Assembly: GCA_964019425.1 (NCBI GenBank)
Contig: OZ025799.1
Coordinates: 806,001 to 870,000, forward strand
DNA length: 64,000 bases
Source: Flectonema sp. DT1601
Lineage: Eukaryota
Direction: 5' to 3'
A model generated the notes under the pieces. The model made no database searches and had not been told where the DNA came from. It saw only the letters and a list, made by a program, of their open reading frames with translations. The position numbers and the translations under genes are program-made. Shown here one piece after another: positions 21,547-31,945 of the stretch (position 1 is the first letter of the stretch; every line of letters begins with the position of its first letter).

Positions 21547-24114
21547 TTAACAGAGTTGGATAATGTCGAGGTTCTTCTTTGAGCAAACACTGCGCCAGTG
21601 ATTAGAAGTCCGATCACCAGTAAAAGAATTCAAGTCGCTGAGTAGCTTCTCCGCTTCATCGAAATGACCGGCAGCCAGCATTTCAACAAACCCATTCCAC
21701 TTCCCAAAGGTACTCTCCGCTTCCAATTGGTACATCCATTCTTCTTCTTCGACTTTTCGTAGCGCCTTCGCTTCGTAGACCAACTGCGCTGCTTCTGATT
21801 GCTTTGCAAAACAAACCAACCGCACTGCACGAAAGTCTACATGAACCCTGGAGTGTTCAGCACATCTCTTATCAATCAAACCATTGTACCCCTCAGAAGC
21901 CGAATACTTTTCGAGTGCTGCTGCAAATGATACCATCGGAGATAAGATTGAGAACTTCTTCATCCCAACAATTCCGATGTTGCCCACCTTCGCTTCCCCG
22001 GAAGACGTTGCGAACGACAACGGCAGCTGACAGTCCGACTTCGCCATCAGCCCACACTTGACTGCACAGGAACGGTGGTCACTATTAGCTCGATTCGCAT
22101 TGAAATACGCCATCAGTCTATCTCCGTTAAATGCATCGCACACTCCCTTGTTTTTCTCCACCGCGGATGTCAAGCATGTGATGAGAGAACAGTGTTGTTC
22201 AATTATGACGTCGTTGTTCTTTCTTGAATGCCAACCGATGCTGTTGAACATGATGACACTTATTGTCTTCTTCTTCAATCCCATTTCAATTGCCTGGTGA
22301 TGAACAAAAGATCGAGTGTGCGACACCTGTGTCCTTGATGCTGAACTACCTATGCCAGTACTCTTAGTGACTGCTGACACTTCTTCACTCTCCTCATCAT
22401 CTGACTTCATCAACACACTTTGCGGCATGTAATTCTTGTACTCAATTAAATTCTTAACCATTTTCCTAAACGATTGCTGCATTGCCCTCACCTCACTCAG
22501 AGAGCTCAAAGCTACCGTCAGATTCACGGAATCGGTTTCCATCACAGCAACAGCAGCCATGTCATCACTCAACACAATTAGTGGTGAGATTATAATATTT
22601 GTGAACACAACAGAGAGCCCTAATAGAATCACTACACAAGTAGCTGTCACTACGTACATGATGGTGTAGTTCTTATCACGTTCATCATCTGTGTCTTGTT
22701 TGTCTTTCACAATTTGAACACGAATAACTTCAGCAGCATCATCAATAACAGACATCACACTATTACGAGGGACTAAAAGGACTAGGTACCAATGAATGTC
22801 TAATAACTTTACAGAAGCAACTCGCACCCAGTAGAGAACTGATGTGTTGGTGTCTGTCCAGTCAGCAACTGTTCCCGCTGGCAAACTCTCAATGTGGTCG
22901 TAGTACTCACCGTAATTGCTGTTGTTCGCCATTTCTATCATGTGCCTGCCGTGTCTTGCGATTGGAGAGAGTTCCCCGTCTATCATTCCATTCAAAGTGT
23001 GATTGACGATTGGGAATGGCACACCTAATTTCCAGATTTCAAAACCTCTTTCATCAAACTGCCTTATAGTGAAGGCTGCCTCACCAACATTGCAACCTGT
23101 AATGTGCTCCACTTTACCAGTCCAGAGATTCTTTTCCAAAGAGTAAAGAACAGACCCGTCAGGGAGCGCTGTTTCCTTCATCATGAGACTGATACCTGTC
23201 GTATCGATAACGGCTCTGACATAACCTGTTCGGAATGCTTGTCTTGGATAAATATTAACTTGCTCAGGATGCGTTATCGGCGTACAAGCGGTCATCGAAA
23301 TAGAAGGACCGGTACTGCTGATCGGAGAATGTATTGTGGCATCAGACTCAATTAGTATTGTATTTTGATCTGGGTTCATCATGTTGTGAAAACATCTGTT
23401 TATCAGAGTCTCCTCCGTCTGTGATACAGTTACTTTCAAACTAGAAAAACATCTGCCTCCCTGACCTAAATCAGCATAATTACAAGGTCCCTCTGCGAAA
23501 TGACCTGATCCGTTTACTTGTCCATACTGAGCAAAATCCTGATAGTTAAATGGACCATACGGATATGATAAACGACTCTCTACAGCAACCTGAAGGAAAC
23601 TTCCATCGTCGTATTGCCCAGCAACAAAGAAACTTAGATGCCCTCCCCACGCACCACCATAAGCTTGCCGAAGAGTTTCACTGTTAGGAGTGACATTCCA
23701 CATGACAATAGCAAGACTTACATATCCGTATTGTTCCATAGCGGATAAGTGTTTGGAGAAGAGAACTTTTCTGGTTATTTTCTCCATGAAGTCAGGATTA
23801 GCTACTTCATCAGGGTGAAATTGTGTTAAGAATTTCACCATATCTCTCGAAAGAATTGAAGGGCCGGCAATCGTTCCATAGACTCTTGTTCTGAAATCCA
23901 TCAACACCGACAACAATAATTGTGCAGTCACACTCCTCACATTACTACCACCACTTTCCATACACTGAGAAATACCTCGATCTCCTGTAGCACGAGCATC
24001 ATCTGTCGACTTGTTCCCCGTCGAGATCGACATCCCTCCCAAGATCAGACCTGTCGCAAAGATCATCGACACTGCCAGTGCCAGAGTGAGTGACTGAACA
24101 CCAAGTATTCCCAT
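21547..24114 (-). CDS. TM-sensor-TM-HAMP-class III cyclase-like receptor, copy 2 (855 aa)
   Basis: Start MGILGVQSL is shared by all copies. Two hydrophobic segments, HAMP-like 'IISPLIVLSDDMAAV...SEVRAMQQSFRKMVKNL', cyclase-like 'GVCDAFNGDRLMAYF' and 'SSGEAKVGNIG'. Confidence 0.88.
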   Translation of the reverse strand: MGILGVQSLTLALAVSMIFATGLILGGMSISTGNKSTDDARATGDRGISQCMESGGSNVRSVTAQLLLSVLMDFRTRVYGTIAGPSILSRDMVKFLTQFHPDEVANPDFMEKITRKVLFSKHLSAMEQYGYVSLAIVMWNVTPNSETLRQAYGGAWGGHLSFFVAGQYDDGSFLQVAVESRLSYPYGPFNYQDFAQYGQVNGSGHFAEGPCNYADLGQGGRCFSSLKVTVSQTEETLINRCFHNMMNPDQNTILIESDATIHSPISSTGPSISMTACTPITHPEQVNIYPRQAFRTGYVRAVIDTTGISLMMKETALPDGSVLYSLEKNLWTGKVEHITGCNVGEAAFTIRQFDERGFEIWKLGVPFPIVNHTLNGMIDGELSPIARHGRHMIEMANNSNYGEYYDHIESLPAGTVADWTDTNTSVLYWVRVASVKLLDIHWYLVLLVPRNSVMSVIDDAAEVIRVQIVKDKQDTDDERDKNYTIMYVVTATCVVILLGLSVVFTNIIISPLIVLSDDMAAVAVMETDSVNLTVALSSLSEVRAMQQSFRKMVKNLIEYKNYMPQSVLMKSDDEESEEVSAVTKSTGIGSSASRTQVSHTRSFVHHQAIEMGLKKKTISVIMFNSIGWHSRKNNDVIIEQHCSLITCLTSAVEKNKGVCDAFNGDRLMAYFNANRANSDHRSCAVKCGLMAKSDCQLPLSFATSSGEAKVGNIGIVGMKKFSILSPMVSFAAALEKYSASEGYNGLIDKRCAEHSRVHVDFRAVRLVCFAKQSEAAQLVYEAKALRKVEEEEWMYQLEAESTFGKWNGFVEMLAAGHFDEAEKLLSDLNSFTGDRTSNHWRSVCSKKNLDIIQLC

Positions 24115-24137
24115 TTTCTTAAAATGAGAAAAGAAAC

Positions 24138-24180
24138 CTGCAGTGAGGAGTATGATTAACAAAGGAAAGGAAAGGAAATA
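24138..24180 (-). promoter_or_regulatory. Putative (trans-)splice acceptor with (TTTCC)n polypyrimidine tract upstream of receptor genes
   Basis: CTCCTCACTGCAG|GTTTC lies 23 nt upstream of the ATG. The same AG position is kept in all seven copies (TAG in copy 7). (TTTCC)3-4 precedes it in copies 1-5. Confidence 0.55.
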
Positions 24181-25941
24181 GAGAACCAATAAATACATGA
24201 CATGTCAACAGAACACATCACAAAATGGGTGGAATAGTACGAAAGCTACCAGGCTACGACAAGATTCAGGTTCACATAACCTTTTTTCTTTTCGAAATAA
24301 GATAAACATTTTTGACTAAATCTTAGTTGGCTTTTTGAACTACTTGTTACGCAGGTGAAATCTGTTTAGTTTTTTCTAATTTTTTTGAACTTAGAAAAAA
24401 TTAAAACAAATTATTAATTAAATTGTTACAAAGTTCTTCAATTTTAAAAAGGGGAATTGAGACGTGATTTCAACAGGTTCACCTCACTACCCCGAACATA
24501 ATTGTAAGCTTCTCGATTAGACTCACATATACATTTATAGCAATGCCAATGTAGTCGCATCAAGAGACTTACAGCTAAGGGTCTGTCTTGCAACAACTAT
24601 CTTAAGAGGTGTCACAATGAAGTTAGAATTTTAAATTACATCAGAAAGAGAAATATATTTCAGACTCACTGAAATAGGAGAGGAACTTTTTTATCATAAA
24701 TAATAGAAAGGAAACAAAAAAAAAAAAAGAAAAACTTCAGCATTCAGTCACACATTCGAAAGAGCAACAACAGCGGGAACAGACGAAAAGTTAATCAAAA
24801 AATAATTACATATATAGAGAGAAAGAAAACATTAGACTAATAGGAAGAAATGGAAATTAAGTCGCTATTACAGTCGAGATATTATATGAGTCGTCATCCA
24901 ATTTGCGTTTTACTTTATCTTCGCATATTATCACTAGTCCTATATTCGCCGTTTACCATTTAACACAGTCCCCTTATATATGTGTCGCACATGAGTTAGT
25001 ATTAAAGGTTATCAGTCAAAAGAAGGGGAGAGGGCGGGAAAATTCAATCGAATGCAAAAGTTCGTAGGACAACAAACAAATAATGTTTGGTTTCGCACAT
25101 TAGTTAGTTTGCTGGCAGCATTTTAAGAATTTAATTATTTACTACTTACGCAGCCTGGGAAGCCAAGAATCAAAAAAAGCCCAACAGTGTAACAGTCAGA
25201 TCGCTACCAGCCGAATGACAAAAGAACCATATATTCAGGAACTATATGTTCAGTGTAAATGCTCATCATTTGATATTAAAGACGAAGAGCTGTTGACACA
25301 TACAAAAGGATTTTACAACACTGAAAAGTGCTTGCAAAAAAAGAAAAATAAATAATAATTTTATCTAACCAATCACATCACTCATATATACCACCACACA
25401 ACATAATAATAATGTGTTATTAGTTATGAATGTGATGACTTTAACTCACAAGGTTAGCATATATGAAAACTGTGATGTGATTGTTATTCAAAACTACACA
25501 ATCTCAGCCAAAGTAAATCATTACAAGATACACACTTCTAACTCTTACAACAAAACAGTAGGCGACTTACTACAAGAAAATGAGGAAGTAGTTGATCGCA
25601 GACAGTTAAACTGACACACAGGGAAATAGATAACATCACAACTCTCAAATAGTACTATTTCTTCATCAGTCGGTGAAGGGGAAGAAATAATTAATAAAAG
25701 AACACATCCGCTAGACCAGTAGTCTTCCATGTGTGTGTTGTGTACAGCTACCTCATCACACGTTTTTCAGGACTACTGTCACTTCTTTTGCAGCACTGGA
25801 AAGTCGCCGCAAGATAAATTAAAAAATAATCAGCTTATCAAAATATACTGAGGGCGGCACTGTAGTGGATTCGTTTGCAAGAATAAATAATCACTCAGTT
25901 TTCGCATCAATAATCTACACATGGGAATGAAATCAAAATCC

Positions 25942-28503
25942 CTAACACCTTCCATCGAGTTGGATAATGTCGAGGTTCTTCTTTGAGCAAACACTGCGCC
26001 AGCAATTGAATGTCCGATCACCAGTAAAAGAATTCAAGTCGCTGAGTAGCTTCTCCGCTTCATCGAACTGACTGGCAGCCAGCATTTCAACAAACTCATT
26101 CCACTTCCCAAAGGTACTCTCCGCTTCCAATTGGTACATCCATTCTTCTTCTTGGACTTTTCGTAGCGCCTTCGCTTCGTAGACCAACTGCGCTGCTTCT
26201 GAATGCTTTGCAAAGCAAACCAACCGCACTGCACGAGAGTCTACACACATGCTGGTGAACTCAGCGCATCTCTTATCAATCAAACAATCATACTTTTCAA
26301 AGGCCGAATACTTTTCGAGTGCTGCTGCAAATGATACGATCGGAGATAAGATTGAGAACTTCTTCATCCCAACAATTCCGATGTTGCCCACCTTCGCTTC
26401 CCCGGAAGACGTTGCGAACGACAACGGCAGCTGACAGTCCGACTTCGCCATCAGCCCACACTTGACTGCATAGGGACGATGATCAGCACTAGCTCGATTC
26501 GCATTGAAATACGCCATCAGTCTATCTCCGTTAAATGCATCGCACACTCCCTTGTTTTTCTCCACCGCGGATGTCAAGCATGTGATGAGAGAACAATGTT
26601 GTTCAATTATGACGTCGTTGTTCTTTCTTGAATGCCAACCGATGCTGTTGAACATGATGACACTTATTGTCTTCTTCTTCAATCCCATTTCAACTGCTTG
26701 ATGATGAACAAAAGATCGACTGTGGGACAATGAACTACTAAAACCAGTACTCTTAGTGACTGCTGACACTTCTTGACTCTCCTCATCATCTGACTTCATC
26801 AACACACTTTGCGGCATGTAATTCTTGTACTCAATTAAATTCTTAACCATTTTCCTAAACGATTGCTGCATTGCCCTCACCTCACTCAGAGAGCTCAAAG
26901 ATACCGTCAGATCCACGGAATCGGTTTCCATCACAGCAACAGCAGCCATGTCATCACTCAACACAATTAGTGGTGAGATTATAATATTTGTGAACACAAC
27001 AGAGAGCCCTAATAGAATCACTACACAAGTAGCTGTCACTGCGTACATGATGGTGTAGTTCTTATCACGTTCATCATCTGTGTCTTGTTTGTCTTTCACA
27101 ATTTGAACACGAATAACTTCAGCAGCATCATCAATAACAGACATCACACTATTACGAGGGACTAAAAGGACTAGGTACCAATGAATGTCTAATAACTTTA
27201 CAGAAGCAACTCGCACCCAGTAGAGAACTGATGTGTTGGTGTCTGTCCAGTCAGCAACTGTTCCCGCTGGCAAACTCTCAATGTGGTCGTAGTACTCACC
27301 GTAATTGCTGTTGTTCGCCATTTCTATCATGTGCCTGCCGTGTCTTGCGATTGGAGAGAGTTCCCCGTATACCAGTCCATTCAAAGTGTGATTGACGATT
27401 GGGAATGGCATCCCTGTTCGCCAGATTTCAATACCTTCTGGACTAAGCTGCCTTATGGTGAAGGCTGCCTCACCAACATTGCAACCTGTAATGTGCTCCA
27501 CTTTACCATCCCAGGGATTCTTTTCCAAAGAGTAAAGAACAGACCCTTCAGGGAGCGCTGTTTCCTTCATCATGAGACTGATACCTGTCGTATCGATAGT
27601 AGTTGTGACATAACCTGTTCGGTGTCCTTGTCTTGGATAATAATTAACCTGCTCAGGATGTGCTATCGGCATACAAGCGCTTGTCGAGACAGTAGGACCA
27701 GCTCCACTAATCGGAGAATGTATTATGGCATCAGGCTCAATTAGGATTGTATTTTGATCTGGGTTCATCATGTTGTGAAAACATCTGCCCCTCAAAATTT
27801 CACGCACCGCTATTGGAGTTGCGTTTGTATCAGCAAAACATCTGCCAACCTTAGTGAAATCAGCATAATTACAAGGTCCCTCAATGATATGACCTGATCT
27901 ATTTGTGTTTCCAAATTGAAGATAACTCTGATAGTTAAATGGACCATACGGATATGATAAACGACCCTCTGCGACAAGCTGATTGAAACTTCCATCGTCG
28001 TATAGTCCAGCAACATAGTAGATTAGATGACTTCCCCACGCACCACCATAAGCTTGTCGAAGTGTTTCACTGTTAGGAGTGACATCCCACATGATAAGAG
28101 TTATACTTATAGGTCCGTATTGTCGCATAGCGGATAAGTGTTTAGCGAAGACAGCTTTTCTGATTATTTTCTCCATGAAGTCAGGATTACCTACTTCATC
28201 AGGGTGAAATTGTGATATGTAATTCACTAGATCTCTCGAAATGATTGAAGGGCCGGCAATACTTCCATAGGCTCTTGTTCTGAAATCCATCAACACCGAC
28301 AACAATAATTGTGCAGTCACACTCCTCACATTAGTACCACCACTTTCCATACACTGAGAAATACCTCGATCTCCTGTAGCACGAGCATCATCTGTCGACT
28401 TGTTCCCCGTCGAGATCGACATCCCTCCCAAGATCAGACCTGTCGCAAAGATCATCGACACTGCCAGTGCCAGAGTGAGTGACTGAACACCAAGTATTCC
28501 CAT
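25942..28503 (-). CDS. TM-sensor-TM-HAMP-class III cyclase-like receptor, copy 3 (853 aa)
   Basis: Paralog with the same architecture and an intact ORF. Confidence 0.88.
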   Translation of the reverse strand: MGILGVQSLTLALAVSMIFATGLILGGMSISTGNKSTDDARATGDRGISQCMESGGTNVRSVTAQLLLSVLMDFRTRAYGSIAGPSIISRDLVNYISQFHPDEVGNPDFMEKIIRKAVFAKHLSAMRQYGPISITLIMWDVTPNSETLRQAYGGAWGSHLIYYVAGLYDDGSFNQLVAEGRLSYPYGPFNYQSYLQFGNTNRSGHIIEGPCNYADFTKVGRCFADTNATPIAVREILRGRCFHNMMNPDQNTILIEPDAIIHSPISGAGPTVSTSACMPIAHPEQVNYYPRQGHRTGYVTTTIDTTGISLMMKETALPEGSVLYSLEKNPWDGKVEHITGCNVGEAAFTIRQLSPEGIEIWRTGMPFPIVNHTLNGLVYGELSPIARHGRHMIEMANNSNYGEYYDHIESLPAGTVADWTDTNTSVLYWVRVASVKLLDIHWYLVLLVPRNSVMSVIDDAAEVIRVQIVKDKQDTDDERDKNYTIMYAVTATCVVILLGLSVVFTNIIISPLIVLSDDMAAVAVMETDSVDLTVSLSSLSEVRAMQQSFRKMVKNLIEYKNYMPQSVLMKSDDEESQEVSAVTKSTGFSSSLSHSRSFVHHQAVEMGLKKKTISVIMFNSIGWHSRKNNDVIIEQHCSLITCLTSAVEKNKGVCDAFNGDRLMAYFNANRASADHRPYAVKCGLMAKSDCQLPLSFATSSGEAKVGNIGIVGMKKFSILSPIVSFAAALEKYSAFEKYDCLIDKRCAEFTSMCVDSRAVRLVCFAKHSEAAQLVYEAKALRKVQEEEWMYQLEAESTFGKWNEFVEMLAASQFDEAEKLLSDLNSFTGDRTFNCWRSVCSKKNLDIIQLDGRC

Positions 28504-29450
28504 TTTCTTAAAATGAGAAAAGAAACCTGCAGTGAGGAGTATGATTAACAAAGGAAAGGAAAGGAAAGGAAATAGAGAACCAATAAATACATGACATGTC
28601 AACAGAACACATCACAAAATGGGTGGAATAGTATGCAAGCTACCAGAGAAGAAGCTTCTATTCTATTAAGACAGATGATGGAGTTGTTTCTAAGGATTAG
28701 ACCACATCCAGAGTCCAAGAAAATGATAAAGTGACACCTTACGAAAGAGATTTAACAAGAATTTCGGTACACATCCACGATGATCAAGAGAGGAACACTA
28801 CTACGTTATCAAAGATAAATAAATAATCAAATTAATCATAACTGGTTTCGAGTTAAAACTAAAAGAAATCTTTCTTCGGAACCTACCGCTTACCAGCCCT
28901 TATCAAGGAAGAAAGAGGGGTGATACCGCAGCAAACTAATTTTCCCTTAAAGTGACCAGTTAGTATTAATGGTTATCAGTCAATCAAAAAAAGTTAATCG
29001 AATACAAAAAGTTCGTTGAGCAACAAACAAATAATGATTGGTTTCGGGTTAACATTAGAAAATCTTTCTTCAGACTATTTCCCTTACCCAGCCAGGTAGC
29101 GAGGCTCCCAGGGTAGAATAGACCACGCAATTGGGGTGTAAAAAATATATTTTAAGAAGAACTAAAGATACGGTAATATGAACACAACTATAAATAAGAT
29201 TGTCACACAAAACTAATCACCTTAAATAGGAACCTAAGTTGCTGTCAAATAATGGCCAAGTTGGGTTCTTAATTAGTTGTTTTATTTGATTAATCAAATA
29301 CTCATTCAAATGGTTGAGTTTAAACATATAGTCAAGCAACAAAATATGTATCAAAATATGTATCAAAATATGTATCAAGTACTTGACTGAATAGAATATT
29401 TGGAGCGGGGAGATTTAATACGATACGAAAAGATATTTATTTATTTATTT

Positions 29451-29741
29451 CATACTTGTACCCCTTTAAAGGGGGCAAAATAAAGGGGAAATTAAAGGGC
29501 TTTTAATGCCCTTTATTTTGCCCCCTTAAAAGCCCTTTATTTTTATTTTTCCAAATTAAAGGGGAATTAAATCCCCTTTAATTTTAAAATAAAGGGCCCT
29601 TTAATTCATTATATCCCCTTTAATTCCCCTTTATTTCATTAAATTGGAAAATAAAGGGGAATTAATTAAAAGCCCTTTAATATTAAAAGCCCTTTATTTC
29701 CGCTTTAATTTTTAATTCCCCTTTAAAGGGGTACAAGTATG
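29451..29741. mobile_element. 291-bp foldback/MITE-like insertion in an (ATTT)n tract
   Basis: Perfect 24-bp TIR CATACTTGTACCCCTTTAAAGGGG...CCCCTTTAAAGGGGTACAAGTATG; absent from paralogous spacers at ~35400 and ~42020. Confidence 0.88.
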
Positions 29742-30537
29742 TTATTTATTTATTTATTTATTTATTTATGAAGCCTAGGTGCTAAAAGTCAGGAAAAGCT
29801 CACAGGGTGAGACTCTCACAGACGATAAAAGACGTAGCATAACCTGAAACAAATGACTACCTAAACATATATCTGGGAAGAATACTGCAAGTCTTTACAA
29901 AAAAAATAAAAAAAATAAAAGTACTGTCACCATAAAATAAAGTTTCTTAGGTGGAGGCCACGTGAACGTAATTGAGCACCACTTGCCTACGCTATCGCAA
30001 CAGTGAAAAAACAGCTGCAACTAAATTAAAATAAACATGCAAAATAAAAATAAGGGTTAGCAGTGGACGAACCCGACGTAAGAGCATCGGGTAAACTCCA
30101 AAATGCCACGAGGCAGCAGCAACGCAAAGTGGACCAAATCTTGTTAGGATTGTTATGGGATGGCTTACAGAGAGAAAAAAATACGGGGAGAAGCGAAAAA
30201 ACCTTCTGCAGTTACAACCAAAAACATCGGGTTAATAGGAAAAAAACAGAATTAAGTAGTACATTAGTTGGTAAGCTCGCAGACAAGTATCAGGATAAGC
30301 TCAACAGTGTAACAGTCAGATCTCTACCAGCTAAATGAAAAGAACTATTCGAAGTCTTTTATTTATGAAAGAATCTTCGGATCTCAATCCGAATATGAAA
30401 AAATAAAAAAACGGGAAAAGTCCCACTACTACTTCAACTCACAAGGTTAGCATATATGAAAACTGTGATGTGATTGTTATTCAAAACTACACAATCTCAG
30501 CCAAAGTAAATCATTACAAGATACACACTTCTAACTC

Positions 30538-31945
30538 TTACAACAAAACAGTAGGCGACTTACTACAAGAAAATGAGGAAGTAGTTGATCGCAGACAGTT
30601 AAACTGACACACAGGGAAATAGATAACATCACAACTCTCAAATAGTACTATTTCTTCATCAGTCGGTGAAGGGGAAGAAATAATTAATAAACGAGAAACG
30701 TAAAATTGAGTTGAGCACATCCGCTAGACCAGTAGTCTTCCATGTGTGTGTTGTGTACAGCTACCTCATCACACGTTTTTCAGGACTACTGTCACTTCTT
30801 TTGCAGCACTGGAAAGAAGAAAAATACAATGTAAGAAATCAGCTTATAAAATATACTGAGGGTGGCACTACAGTGGATTCGTTTGCAAGAATAAATAATC
30901 ATTCAGTTTTCGAAGGAGATGTAATCTCCACCCACATAGACGTGCCACACATGGGAATGAAAGTGAAAAAACAAAACAAAATGCCTTAGAATCATCCATC
31001 ACTAATTTATTTTCATAAATCACGGCAAGCAACTCTGACTCTTACAACAAAACAGTAGGCGAGTTACTACAAGAAAATGAGGAAGTAGTTGATCGCAGAC
31101 AGTTAAACTGCAACACAGGGAATTAAATTATATCACAGCTCGCAAATAGTTTCCTCATCAGTCGCTGAAGGCGCAGAAATATTAAATAAATAAAAAACGC
31201 AAAATTAAGTTGAGCACATCCGCTAGACCAGTAGTCTTCCATGTGTGTGTTGTGTACAGCTACCTCATCACACGTTTTTCAGGACGACTGTCACTTCTTT
31301 TGCAGCACTGGAAAGAGGAAAGCAACAAAAATTCAATTTAAGAAATCAGCTGAAAAAATATACTGAGGGTGGCACTACAGTGGATTCGTTTGCAAGAATA
31401 AATAGTCATTCAGTTTTCGAAGGAGATGTAATCTCCACCCACATAGACGTGCCACACATGGGAATGAAAGTGAAAAAAACAAAACAAAATGCCTTAGAAT
31501 CATCCATCACTAATTTATTTTCATAAATCACGGCAAGCAACTCTGACTCTTACAACAAAACAGTAGGCGAGTTACTACAAGAAAATGAGGAAGTAGTTGA
31601 TCGCAGACAGTTAAACTGACACACAGGGAAATAGATAACATCACAACTCTCAAATAGTACTATTTCTTCATCAGTTGGTGAAGGGGAAGAAATAATAAAT
31701 AAAAGAACACATCCGCTAGACCAGTAGTCTTCCATGTGTGTGTTGTGTACAGCTACCTCATCACACGTTTTTCAGGACGACTGTCACTTCTTTTGCAGCA
31801 CTGGAAAGTCGCCGCAAGATAAATTAAGCAATATCAGCTTATTAAAATAAACTGAGGGCGGCACTGTAGTGCATTCGTTCGCAAGAATAAATAAACACTC
31901 AGTTTTCGCATCAATAATCTACACATGGGAATGAAATCAAAATCC
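30538..31945. repeat. Triplicated ~505-bp 3'-flank module downstream of receptor copy 4
   Basis: Units start at 30538, 31042 and 31550 (TTACAACAAAACAGTAGGCG...). Confidence 0.9.

Noticed and set aside
24115..24198. Longer N-termini given by the ORF track (MYLLVL..., MTCHVF...)
   Set aside because: They read through the conserved AG acceptor and polypyrimidine tract, change frame with (TTTCC)n copy number and are absent in copy 7; MGILGVQSL is the common start.
30063..30338. 91-aa plus-strand ORF repeated at 35711-35986
   Set aside because: GTG start, lies in duplicated spacer, and the third copy (~42332) is disrupted by an indel, a substitution and a deletion.
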